A stretch of 64,000 nt of DNA from Deltaproteobacteria bacterium (GTDB taxonomy: Bacteria > Myxococcota_A > UBA796 > UBA9615), in assembly GCA_023954745.1 (NCBI GenBank), contig JAGSHC010000001.1, forward strand, positions 85,672-149,671. The letters run 5' to 3'. Below are positions 9,645 to 18,563 of the stretch, piece by piece (the first letter of the stretch is position 1; every line of letters begins with the position of its first letter). Made by a program: the position numbers and the translations under genes. Under the pieces are notes generated by a model. The model worked only from the letters and a program-made list of their open reading frames with translations, ran no database searches and was not told the DNA's origin.

Positions 9645-11369
9645 TCAGCCTCCGAGAAGGAAAGCGGGACCGTCTCCGGGCAGGGGCGTCAGGTGCGTCC
9701 CTCGCGCGTTGCCCACACCCAGGAGCGCCTCGGCGAGCGAGTGGTGCCGGGCCTGGTCCGTGGGGTCCGCCTGGAGGAGCGCCTGGAGCAGCTTCGCGCG
9801 CACCGCAGCCCTCCGCTCCTCGGGAGGACGCGCGGGGCTCCCCGCTGGCTCGTCGACGGCCGCCTGGTGCACGTGCCCGCCGTGAAGGAGGACGCGAACC
9901 CTCGCGGGGAAGACCACATGAAGTCCTTCGAGGGACTGCTCTGCGAGGTCGAACTCGTCGGAGCGTCGAGGGGTCACTGCCGCGGGCAGCAACCGCTCCA
10001 GACCGCGCGCCGCGAAGTCGGTCAGCTTGCTCAGGCCCCGGCCGAACAGCGCAGGGAGCTCGTCGGGGGGGACGCCTTGCAGTCGATCACCTGCGATGGC
10101 CAGAGGGAGCTCGGTCAACGACAGCCCGGCTTCCAGACCGCCGCCCCGGCCGAGGGCGGAGAGCAGCGGCCCAGGCCCCACCTCGGTGAGCAGACGCTGC
10201 ACTCCCGTTCCCCGCAGGGCGTTCCAGCTGGCGAGCGAGAGCCGCCAGTCGTGATGGACGCGGATCTTCTCGGCGAGGGAGTCGATGGCCTCGGAGTGGT
10301 CGGCGACCCAGGCGCGGGTCAGCTGCTGGGGGCCCAACTCTCCGGCGATGAGGAGCACCGCGATGGACCGGCGGACCGAGTAGTTGACCGCGGAAGGGCT
10401 CAGCTCCAGGCCTCCTACCACCCGCTCCATGGCGCTGGTGAGCGCTCCACAGTCGACGTCGACGCGGAGGATGTCGTCGGGTCCGAGCACGCGATCGTCG
10501 GCGGTCCGTACCTCCTCGAGGACCTGCTAGGTCGCCTCGACGGCTGCCGTCAGGTAGTCGCAGCCAGGGACGCACTTGACGGTGAGAGACCAGGTCAGCC
10601 ACGCCGTCCCGGAGGGATCTTCGACCGGGAGTCCACTGAACCAGCCGCGGACCGGACGCCCGCCAGCGAAGACCGAGGTGAACTCGGAGTCCTCGTCGAG
10701 CAGACCCACCGGTCCGGTGACTCCCTCCTCTACGAGCTCGGCCACACGCCAGCCATCGAGCAACGGGCGAGCGGCCATCAGGGTCTTCCCCGGGCCCGAG
10801 AACAATCGCCAGTCCACGTGGGAGGCCTGCGCGAGGGTCAAGGCCATTCCGGACGCGAGCTGCTCCGGCGAGTGTCCGCGCAGGAGACCACCGACCAGCG
10901 CTCCACCGACCCCGTGCAGAAACGACCAACTCTGGCCGTTCTGCCGTCCGGGGAGGCAGTAACCGCCCAGCCGCGCGAGGATCTCGTTGGCCACGATCTG
11001 CGCGCGCAGCGCCGCATCCCAGCCGAGGCCGAGCTCTGCTGCTCCGACCCAGGCGGCCCAGACCGCGCTGTGGCTCGGGTGCGCGCAGAGCATCCAGTCG
11101 TCGTAGTCGTGCGCCATCGACAAGGAGGCGCCTGCGAAGAGAGCGCCCTCCATCGTCAGGCCGTCCACGCCGGGGGCGATGCGGTGCGAGCCCGCACCCA
11201 TGCGCCGCGCCACGGTCAGGGCGATCTGCGCGTCCTCGGAGTGCACCCCGGCCGCTGCGGCAGCCAGCGTGGACGCTGCTTGAAGTCGGAGTCGCTCGCG
11301 TAGGGCGGGCGGTACATCGGCGATGGAGACCGAGTGAGCCCACCGAGCCATGTGGAGCAGCGTGCTCAT
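9645..11369 (-). pseudogene. MmgE/PrpD-family protein interrupted by one in-frame TAG at 10527-10529 (pseudogene, base error or readthrough)
   Basis: SMAHDYDD...AHPSHSAV, NEILARLG, KCVPGCDYL motifs; ORFs 10527..11552 and 9645..10490 share a frame, and the sequence reads AVEAT*QVLEEVRTADDRVLGPDDILRVDV. Confidence 0.8.
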
Positions 11370-12670
11370 CCGGCGGTCGCCTCGTCGCTGGGGGTCATGG
11401 TGTCCGCTGGCTCCGCCGCGCCCCAGCGGCCTCCGCCCCACCAGGCCTTCTCGGCGGGAACGGTGACGAAGGTCTTCTCCGGCCAGCGCATGGCGCAGAG
11501 GTCCCCGCCGAACACGACGCCGAGATCGATGTCTGCGACTCGGTTCCGCCATTGCGGAAGCCGAACGGGGACATGGCCGTGGGCGACGTAGGCCGCGCCT
11601 TCATAGTCGGCGGCCCAGTCGAGTCTCTCGGGGTACCCGTCGATCACCTTGCCCGTCGTCTTCCCGAACAAGCAGAACGCCGAGACCGCGTCGCCGGTGC
11701 GCCCGTGATCCCTCTCCTCGAGACCCGCGTGGGAGACGAGGAGACGACCCCCGTCCAGCCACAGGTAGTGCGGAGCCTCTTTCATGACCGCGAGGAAGCG
11801 CCGTCGCAGGAGTCGCTCCTCGGGGGCGCTCAACTGCTGCCACTCGCCCACGGTGGTCGCAAGCCCGCCCGTCACCTTGACGGCGCGTCCATGCAGCCAG
11901 CGAGCCAGCTTGTCGTCGTGGTTCCCGGGGACGAACAGGGCTCGCCCTTGCTCCACCCAGGGCAACACGCGTCGAAGGACCCCCACCGAGTCGGGCCCAC
12001 GGTCTACGAGATCACCGACGAAGACCAGGCGGCGCCCTTCGGGATGCTCACCGTCCTCGTCGTAGCCCAGCTCTCGCACCAGGGTGTCGAGCTCGGACAG
12101 GCATCCGTGCACGTCACCCACCACATCGAAGGGGCCCTCCTCCTCGAAGCGAACGGGGGGCAGCGTGGTTCGCACCACCTCCGCGGACTCGAGCTGTTGG
12201 GCATCGATGCGGTCGATGCGCCCCCAGCGCTCCTTCTCGAGGGCGGCATCGAGGTGCTCGACCATGTGCAGGTGACCGCGCAAGACGCCGTCATCGACGC
12301 GTCGGTCTCGCCGCTGATTGCGCTCGCGGATGGTCTCGAGGTCGGCCGAGATCACGATCAGGTGAGACGGAAGACGCGCGCGCCGGGCCAGCTGGCGAAG
12401 TGGCAGTCGCGCGGATGCTTCGAGGTTCGTGGCGTCGATCACCGTCAGACGCCCGTTCGCGAGCCGTAGCTCGGCGATGCGGTGCAAGACCTCGAAGACG
12501 CTCTCGTTGATCCCTTGCTCCGCGGGGTTGTCGCAGAGCCAGCCGCGCACGGTGTCGGCGCAGAGGACCTCGGTCTCCCGGAACCAGCGCGCGGCGAACG
12601 TGCTCTTCCCGCAGCCTGCGGGTCCGCAGAGCACGACGAGAGAGGGTTCCTGGACGGCGAGGACAGTCAC
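11366..12670 (-). CDS. Polynucleotide kinase-phosphatase-like protein (P-loop kinase + calcineurin-like phosphoesterase; no ligase domain)
   Basis: LVVLCGPAGCGKSTFA, TVIDATNL; GDVHGC, GDLVDRGPDS, GNHD, SHAG, HGHVP; ends after the phosphoesterase domain. Confidence 0.88.
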   Translation of the reverse strand: MTVLAVQEPSLVVLCGPAGCGKSTFAARWFRETEVLCADTVRGWLCDNPAEQGINESVFEVLHRIAELRLANGRLTVIDATNLEASARLPLRQLARRARLPSHLIVISADLETIRERNQRRDRRVDDGVLRGHLHMVEHLDAALEKERWGRIDRIDAQQLESAEVVRTTLPPVRFEEEGPFDVVGDVHGCLSELDTLVRELGYDEDGEHPEGRRLVFVGDLVDRGPDSVGVLRRVLPWVEQGRALFVPGNHDDKLARWLHGRAVKVTGGLATTVGEWQQLSAPEERLLRRRFLAVMKEAPHYLWLDGGRLLVSHAGLEERDHGRTGDAVSAFCLFGKTTGKVIDGYPERLDWAADYEGAAYVAHGHVPVRLPQWRNRVADIDLGVVFGGDLCAMRWPEKTFVTVPAEKAWWGGGRWGAAEPADTMTPSDEATAG

Positions 12671-12722
12671 AGAGCTCGGTGATAGCAGGGCAGCGGCGCG
12701 ATCGCGCCGGTGGGGTGTGCGA

Positions 12723-13982
12723 TCACGGCACAGGAGCAGGCAGCCGAAAGCTGTCCGCGGGCGCGGAGAGGCCCAGAACGCCTGCGAGCCCGGGCCGTGA
12801 CGCCGCGAGGGCGCTGCGCAGAGCAGTGCTGTCGTGGGCGGCGAGGGCATCGCCGATGTCGGTGTCCGCGAGGGCCCCAATGAGGACGGGAGATTCCCAG
12901 TGAGGCTTCGCATCGCTCCCGGGGGAGCCCACGACCTGTGCCGAGTACCGCACGATGAGGTCGTCACTCAAGTGTGATCCGCCTCCAGGCAGGTCTGCGT
13001 TGGGGCTTGCCGGGAGGAGCAGCACCGCCTCGGGCGCGGGCGTCAACATCGTGGGGTCGAGGAACGACGCCTGATGCACCCGCACCGGGACCGACTCCCA
13101 ACCCGTCGTCCATCGCGCGGCGAGGTCGCCTACGAGATAGAGGGCGGAGAGCTTCGTCACCGGGGTCGCGAGGTCCTGCAAGGGAAGGCCAGCGGCGAGG
13201 GCTCCCACGGTCCCGCTCCTGCCGAAGACGAGTGTGTGGCGGACCTCCGAAGGCCATCGCTCCTCGGCGTGGTCCGCTCGCCGTCGCTCGACGAGAACTC
13301 CGCGGGCCTCGAGTGACGCCACGACCTCGCCGAACAGGGGCTGATCGCCGTCGCTCACCAGCAGCGCCCGGTCCCCCGGAGAGAGCTCCACCGACGACGC
13401 GCTGCTGCTGGCGTGCCCGAGGGCGGCCCGTGCCGCGCGACGCAGTGTGCGCTCGCCCGCGGGGACGGCGAGGTCGATCAGGGGAACCTCGGTGCTCTCT
13501 CTCCGCTCGCGCCGCCGCTCCATGCGGTCTGCGAAGCGCGCGAGCTGGAAGAGAGTCTCCAGGTCGAGACCGTGCGGATCGACCCGCAGGCCCCACCGCG
13601 CCTCTGCGCGCTCGTCCCGAAACCGGGCCGCGGCGAGGTTCGTCGCGTCGGCCCAGGAGATGGGGTGGAAGCCGTCACTGCCTCGGCGAATCATCGGGCG
13701 CGGGATGCGGCCGAGCCCTCGGAGTGCCCGCGCGGAGAGCCCTCGCAAGGAGCCTGGGTGCTCGAGCAATCCGGGCGAGAAGGCAGGCGCGGTCTCGCGT
13801 GAGAGCCGATCGAGCCGGCGGCCGCACAGGTGTCTCCCCGGCACGACCCCGGTCAGGCCAGAGCTTCCCAGCGAGCAGTCGGCGCACGCGCCATGGCGCA
13901 GCACGTCCCACGCAAAGGACAGCTTGCTTCGATGAGTCCACAGCGCCCCCAGAGCGGGCGCGACGAGTCGGTCGGGTCGCAC
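12723..13982 (-). CDS. Degenerate, shortened FdhF/YdeP-family molybdopterin oxidoreductase homologue (about 420 aa)
   Basis: N-terminus WDVLRHGACADCSLG...HLC...LGRIPRPMIRR...ISWADA resembles YdeP-type proteins; later VHQASFLDPTML and VLLLPA; divergent from fdhD. Confidence 0.7.
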   Translation of the reverse strand: MRPDRLVAPALGALWTHRSKLSFAWDVLRHGACADCSLGSSGLTGVVPGRHLCGRRLDRLSRETAPAFSPGLLEHPGSLRGLSARALRGLGRIPRPMIRRGSDGFHPISWADATNLAAARFRDERAEARWGLRVDPHGLDLETLFQLARFADRMERRRERRESTEVPLIDLAVPAGERTLRRAARAALGHASSSASSVELSPGDRALLVSDGDQPLFGEVVASLEARGVLVERRRADHAEERWPSEVRHTLVFGRSGTVGALAAGLPLQDLATPVTKLSALYLVGDLAARWTTGWESVPVRVHQASFLDPTMLTPAPEAVLLLPASPNADLPGGGSHLSDDLIVRYSAQVVGSPGSDAKPHWESPVLIGALADTDIGDALAAHDSTALRSALAASRPGLAGVLGLSAPADSFRLPAPVP

Positions 13983-14006
13983 GGGGGTGATGCTATATCG
14001 CCGGCC

Positions 14007-14834
14007 ATGAGTGGGCCCGGGCCAACGCGGCGCGAACCGGTCGCTGCACGCGTGCTTCAGCGCTTCAGCGGCGGGTCGTCCGAGCATCGAGAAGACGAGC
14101 TGGTCGTCGAGGAACCCCTCGAGATCCGTCTCGGCGACGACCCGTTGGCGGTGCTGATGCGCACTCCCGGTCACGACATGGACCTTGCGGTGGGGTTTCT
14201 GTTCAGCGAAGGGGTTCTGAGGGATCCGGCCCAGCTCTTGCTCGTCGAGTACTGCGCCGACATCACGGACGACGCCCGGGGGAACATCGTCCGCGTGCGC
14301 GCGGAGGGGGCCGATCCCAAGGCAGCCGAGGCCGCGCGACGCGAGGTGTACGCCTCGTCCTCTTGCGGGCTCTGTGGAAAGACGACCCTGGCGACCGTCC
14401 GGCTGCTCGCGCCGGACCTCACTCCTCCGCCATCCCTCGCCGCCTCTCTCCTGCGCTCCTTGCCGGCCCGCCTCTTGGAGTCGCAGTCGCTGTTCGCTCG
14501 CACCGGAGGCCTTCACGCCGCCGGACTCTTCGATCAGCAAGGCAATGTCGAGCTCGTCCGCGAGGACATCGGGCGCCACAACGCCGTCGACAAGGTGCTC
14601 GGGGCCATGGCCCGCGATGAGGTGTGGCCGCTGTCGGGTCGGATCCTCGTGTTGTCGGGGCGTGCTTCCTTCGAGATGGTTCAGAAGGCCGCCATGGCCG
14701 GGATCGGAGCTGTGGTCTCGGTCTCTGCTCCGAGTTCTCTCGCCGTCGACTACGCTCGGGAGGCCGGCATGACGCTGGCGGGCTTCGTCCGCGAAGACAG
14801 GCTCAACGTGTACTCCGGTGAGGTGGTTCCATGA
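14007..14834 (+). CDS. fdhD: Formate dehydrogenase accessory sulfurtransferase
   Basis: EEPLEI, MRTPG, GFLFSEG, SSSCGLCG, TGGLHAA, REDIGRHNAVDK, SGRASFEMVQKA, SAPSSLA. Confidence 0.93.
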   Translation: MSGPGPTRREPVAARVLQRFSGGSSEHREDELVVEEPLEIRLGDDPLAVLMRTPGHDMDLAVGFLFSEGVLRDPAQLLLVEYCADITDDARGNIVRVRAEGADPKAAEAARREVYASSSCGLCGKTTLATVRLLAPDLTPPPSLAASLLRSLPARLLESQSLFARTGGLHAAGLFDQQGNVELVREDIGRHNAVDKVLGAMARDEVWPLSGRILVLSGRASFEMVQKAAMAGIGAVVSVSAPSSLAVDYAREAGMTLAGFVREDRLNVYSGEVVP

Positions 14835-15205
14835 GCGACGAGCGTCTCCAGTCCTTCGAGGAGTTCTGGCCCTTCTACGTGGGCGAGCATCGTCTGCCCT
14901 CGTGCCGCGCCGTGCACTACGTGGGGAGCTTCGCCGCTCCCGCGACGCTCGCCTGGGTCATCGCCACCGGGAGTTGGCTGTTCCTGCCGTTGGTCCTCGT
15001 GGCGGGCTACGGGCCGGCCTGGGTCGGTCACTTCATCATCGAGAAGAACCGCCCGGCGACCTTCACCTACCCCGTTTGGTCGCTGATCGGCGACTACAAG
15101 ATGCTCAGCTATGCGCTGCGCGGGAAGATGGCCGACGAGGTCACGCGGCTCTACGGATCGGCGTCACCGGCGAAGGATGCACCTCTGCTCGTCGACGCCG
15201 CCTGA
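14831..15205 (+). CDS. DUF962/Mpo1-like small membrane protein
   Basis: FEEFWPFYVGEH...HYVG...GYGPAWVGHFIIEKNRPATFTYP; ATGA overlap with fdhD. Confidence 0.85.
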   Translation: MSDERLQSFEEFWPFYVGEHRLPSCRAVHYVGSFAAPATLAWVIATGSWLFLPLVLVAGYGPAWVGHFIIEKNRPATFTYPVWSLIGDYKMLSYALRGKMADEVTRLYGSASPAKDAPLLVDAA

Positions 15206-16310
15206 GCCCGAACGCCGCCAGCGCGAAGGCGCCGAGAACCCAACCGGTAGAAGCGTCATCGGCGGAGGCGGAGCAGCCACCGCACCCAGCCATCCCGTCG
15301 CAGTGTCCGTTCTCCATGACCTGGACCTCTTCCGGCGTCAGCCACGCAGAGCGGACCATGGGTCCATCCGGGGTGTCGAGGCGCGCGACGACGCAGATCT
15401 CGGCCGTGGCGTATCGGTCGAGCTGATCCTCCCGAAGGAAGAGCAGGCGCAGCCCCTCGCGGTCTGGCTCCTCGGCGACCTGCCCGATCTCACCGATGCC
15501 CCGCCCTGACCACTCCACCGGGGCTCTCAAGATCCGTTCGCCCTCCCCATCGGTCACCGTGGCCATGAAGTAGGCGAGGGTCTGGCTTCCTCCTTCGCCC
15601 CCTTCGACGGCGGCTGGGTCCCGCGCAGGCTGCCAGGCGGCCAGGTCGAGGGTCGCCCCCGTGAGGTCGTCGACCGCTACGACGTCGGTCCTCAGCAACT
15701 CGGAGCTGTCTTCGTGGTGCACGGTCACCAGGCCGGCGCCCGGAATGAGGGGCTGCCCCTCCTGCAAGGTCACCCCCGACAGGTTCAGGGCCCCCATGCT
15801 GTACGCGAGGTCACGGCCATCAGCGTCCGCCACCGTGACCTTCACCGCCACCGCCTGTCCCTCCCAGACCTGGATGGGGTCTCCCAGATCTCCCGGAGGG
15901 ATCGCTCCCGCCGTCTCTCCTTCGGGCGCCTCCGCGAGGAGATCGATGGCGAAGAGGCGATAGGGGTCGTCGAGAGTCGCGGACGCGGCTTGCACCACCT
16001 CCCAGGCGATGCGGTCGCTCTCGCCGGTGTCGAGGGTGACGGAGACCTCGACGGTGCCCGGGGCGTATGCGTGCACGGTCCAATCGCCTGCGAACCCCGT
16101 GACCTCGAGAACGGAGGGATCCGTCGTGGTCCACACGCCATCGGTCTCTTCGGCACCCTCGATGTCCAAGCCGAAGGCGCTCCCCGCCATCAGAGGTCGT
16201 TCCAGGTCTTCGCATCCATTGAAGGTGAGCACGCCATCGAGGCCCTCGAACATGGGACAGGGGCATCCAGCGAGGAGCAGCGCTGCAGACAAGGAGAGGA
16301 GGTGTCGCAT
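15141..16310 (-). CDS. Lipoprotein with a MYXO-CTERM-like C-terminal sorting signal
   Basis: LLLAGC lipobox; tail GCGGCSAS...WVLGAFALAAFGLRRRRR. Confidence 0.75.
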   Translation of the reverse strand: MRHLLSLSAALLLAGCPCPMFEGLDGVLTFNGCEDLERPLMAGSAFGLDIEGAEETDGVWTTTDPSVLEVTGFAGDWTVHAYAPGTVEVSVTLDTGESDRIAWEVVQAASATLDDPYRLFAIDLLAEAPEGETAGAIPPGDLGDPIQVWEGQAVAVKVTVADADGRDLAYSMGALNLSGVTLQEGQPLIPGAGLVTVHHEDSSELLRTDVVAVDDLTGATLDLAAWQPARDPAAVEGGEGGSQTLAYFMATVTDGEGERILRAPVEWSGRGIGEIGQVAEEPDREGLRLLFLREDQLDRYATAEICVVARLDTPDGPMVRSAWLTPEEVQVMENGHCDGMAGCGGCSASADDASTGWVLGAFALAAFGLRRRRRAEVHPSPVTPIRRAA

Positions 16311-16371
16311 GTCTCCTCAGCCTGCGCGCTTCGTACCCATCGAAGGGGCAATGCGCGTCCCGGGGTCGCCC

Positions 16372-17385
16372 TCAACCGCCGATTTGGATCATCTCCCCCT
16401 CGAAGGGGTTGCTCATGTCTTCGCCGGTGATGTGGGCGAGGGGCTTGCGGAGGATCGCGGCGCGGATTGCCACTTCGAGGTCGTCGTCGGTGCCGCCGCT
16501 TCGCATGACGTCGCGTAGGGAGACCATCTGGGGCTCGTAGGCGAGGCAGTTCTTCAGGCGCCCATCGGAGGTGATCCGCACCCGGTTGCACGCCTCGCAG
16601 AACTGACGGGAGAGTGCACCGATGGCGCCCACCACCACGGCGGTACCGGCGACGGACCAGTAGTTGGCCGGCCCGCTGCCGTCCGGCCCGGCCGCGGGGA
16701 CGAGGGTGTAGCGCTCCTCGAGTCGTGCGCGGGTCCTCGACCAGGGCACGAGCTCGAAGCGGCTCTCGCCGAAGGGCATGTACTCGATGAACCGGATGGT
16801 GACCGGGAGGTGAGCGAAGCGGTCGACGAACGTCGCCACCTCGTCCTCGTTCATGCCGTCGCAGACCACCACGTTGAGCTTCAGCGGCAGCCAGTCCATG
16901 GCGACCACGGCCTCGATTCCGGCGAGCACATCGTCGAGCCGATCGACCCGGGCGAGGTCGATGAACCGCTGGCGGTCCAGGGTGTCGATGGAGATGTTCA
17001 CCCGCGTGAGGCCCGCGGCCTTCAGGTCGGGCCCGATCTTCGCGAGGTTCCAGCCGTTGGTGGTCATCGCGAGGTCGTTGAGCATCGGCAGGGAACCGAG
17101 TCGGCGCACGAGCTCGATGATGTCTCGGCGGACCGTGGGCTCCCCACCCGTCAGGCGAATGCGGTCGACCCCCATCTCGCTCAGGACACGTCCCAACTGC
17201 TCGATCTCCTCGAAGGTCATGAGCTCGTCGCGCTGGGTGAACTCGACGCCTTCCTCTGGCATGCAGTACACGCAGCGGAAGTTGCATCGGTCCGTCACCG
17301 ACATCCGCACGTAGTGGATGCGCCGCCCGAAGGGGTCGATGATGGGCCCGCGGGGCGGGTTCTTTGGGGGAAGGGAGCGCGCCAT
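16372..17385 (-). CDS. moaA: GTP 3',8-cyclase
   Basis: SVTDRCNFRCVYCMP, LTGGEP, C-terminal FCEACNRVR...NCL, terminal IGG. Confidence 0.96.
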   Translation of the reverse strand: MARSLPPKNPPRGPIIDPFGRRIHYVRMSVTDRCNFRCVYCMPEEGVEFTQRDELMTFEEIEQLGRVLSEMGVDRIRLTGGEPTVRRDIIELVRRLGSLPMLNDLAMTTNGWNLAKIGPDLKAAGLTRVNISIDTLDRQRFIDLARVDRLDDVLAGIEAVVAMDWLPLKLNVVVCDGMNEDEVATFVDRFAHLPVTIRFIEYMPFGESRFELVPWSRTRARLEERYTLVPAAGPDGSGPANYWSVAGTAVVVGAIGALSRQFCEACNRVRITSDGRLKNCLAYEPQMVSLRDVMRSGGTDDDLEVAIRAAILRKPLAHITGEDMSNPFEGEMIQIGG

Positions 17386-17420
17386 GTGCCTCGAGGGATA
17401 GCCCGGATCGAGGGTCGAAG

Positions 17421-18563
17421 CTACCGCGTCGAGCCCAATGCCTCGACGCGAGCGAGGTCCTCGGGGGTGTTCACATTGAGGAACGAGGTGCCGTCGGGGT
17501 GCACCGTGCGCCACAGGTCTTCGGGGACTCGCTCCACACGGACCGAGCCGAGCCAGGTGCCCATGCCCAACTCACCCGAGAGCACGGCCTGCTTGATCGC
17601 ACCGAGGCAGCGGGCCCCGTAGACGGCATGGGTGGGCTCGGCGTGTCCGTCCCGCATGGGCAGGATGACGTCGGCGTGCCGCCCCGGGTGGCTCGCGAGC
17701 CAGGTCACGAATGTGGGATCGAGCAGCGGAAGGTCGCACGCTGCGAGGAAGACGAACGGTGTGGGAGCGGCCGCGAGTCCGGTCAGGAGGCCGCCGAGGG
17801 GACCGAGATCGGGCAGCAGGTCCTGCACGACCGTCACCCCCGACGGCAGGGGAGGTAGCTCCTGCCCTTCTCGCCGCACCACCACGACGTGCTCCGAGCA
17901 GCTCTGGAGCCGGGCGATCAGGCGGGGGAGAAGCGGCTCACCTCCAAAGGTGAGATCGGCCTTGTCGGAGCCCATGCGCACTGAGTGCCCCCCGGCGAGC
18001 AGGACTCCCGTGAGGGCGCGACGTGGGCTCGCATGTCGCCCAAGCATCTCCAGGATCAAGTCGGCGCATGGCGCGGGGTCGTGGAGGGGAAGTCGAGGCA
18101 GGGCGGAGTAGCGCGCAGGCAGTTCGGCGGGATGGTCGGCCACGATCCCCACCAGGTTGTCCATGGCCTCGATGGCGCCGGGCTTCCAGGGACGGCGGGG
18201 CGTGGCGCCCTCTCGAGCGACCAGGAGCTTCGGCATCGACGAGCTTCGGTAGCCCTCGGTGATGACGAGGTCGACCCCGTGCCCATGGCGCTCCACGAGC
18301 TCCCGGAGGGGAATCTCACCGTCGGCGGAGCCCATGAGGGCGAGCTTGCGCCGGTTGGTGATGAGCACGCGGTGGGCCCCGGCCTGGGTGAAGCGCCACG
18401 TGTCCTTGCCCTCGTGGTCTACATCGAAGCGGTGCACGTCGTGCTTCACGACCATCACGCGCACGCCACGGTCGCGAAGGGCAGGGATGAGCTTCTCGAG
18501 GAACGTGGTCTTTCCGGTGCCCGAGGGAGCGACGAACGAGATGGTGGCTGGCAGATCGCTCAC
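17421..18563 (-). CDS. mobB: MobB-MobA fusion (MGD biosynthesis adaptor + Mo cofactor guanylyltransferase)
   Basis: N-terminal SGTGKTT, VKHDVHRF, GKDTWR; C-terminal LAGGHSVRMGSDKA, GPLGG, ACDLP, NVNTPEDL; GTGA overlap with moeA. Confidence 0.92.
   Translation of the reverse strand: MSDLPATISFVAPSGTGKTTFLEKLIPALRDRGVRVMVVKHDVHRFDVDHEGKDTWRFTQAGAHRVLITNRRKLALMGSADGEIPLRELVERHGHGVDLVITEGYRSSSMPKLLVAREGATPRRPWKPGAIEAMDNLVGIVADHPAELPARYSALPRLPLHDPAPCADLILEMLGRHASPRRALTGVLLAGGHSVRMGSDKADLTFGGEPLLPRLIARLQSCSEHVVVVRREGQELPPLPSGVTVVQDLLPDLGPLGGLLTGLAAAPTPFVFLAACDLPLLDPTFVTWLASHPGRHADVILPMRDGHAEPTHAVYGARCLGAIKQAVLSGELGMGTWLGSVRVERVPEDLWRTVHPDGTSFLNVNTPEDLARVEALGSTR

Noticed and set aside
17421-18563. 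MobB-MobA fusion as a novelty
   Set aside because: Mob fusions are already known in several bacteria; reported as a feature only
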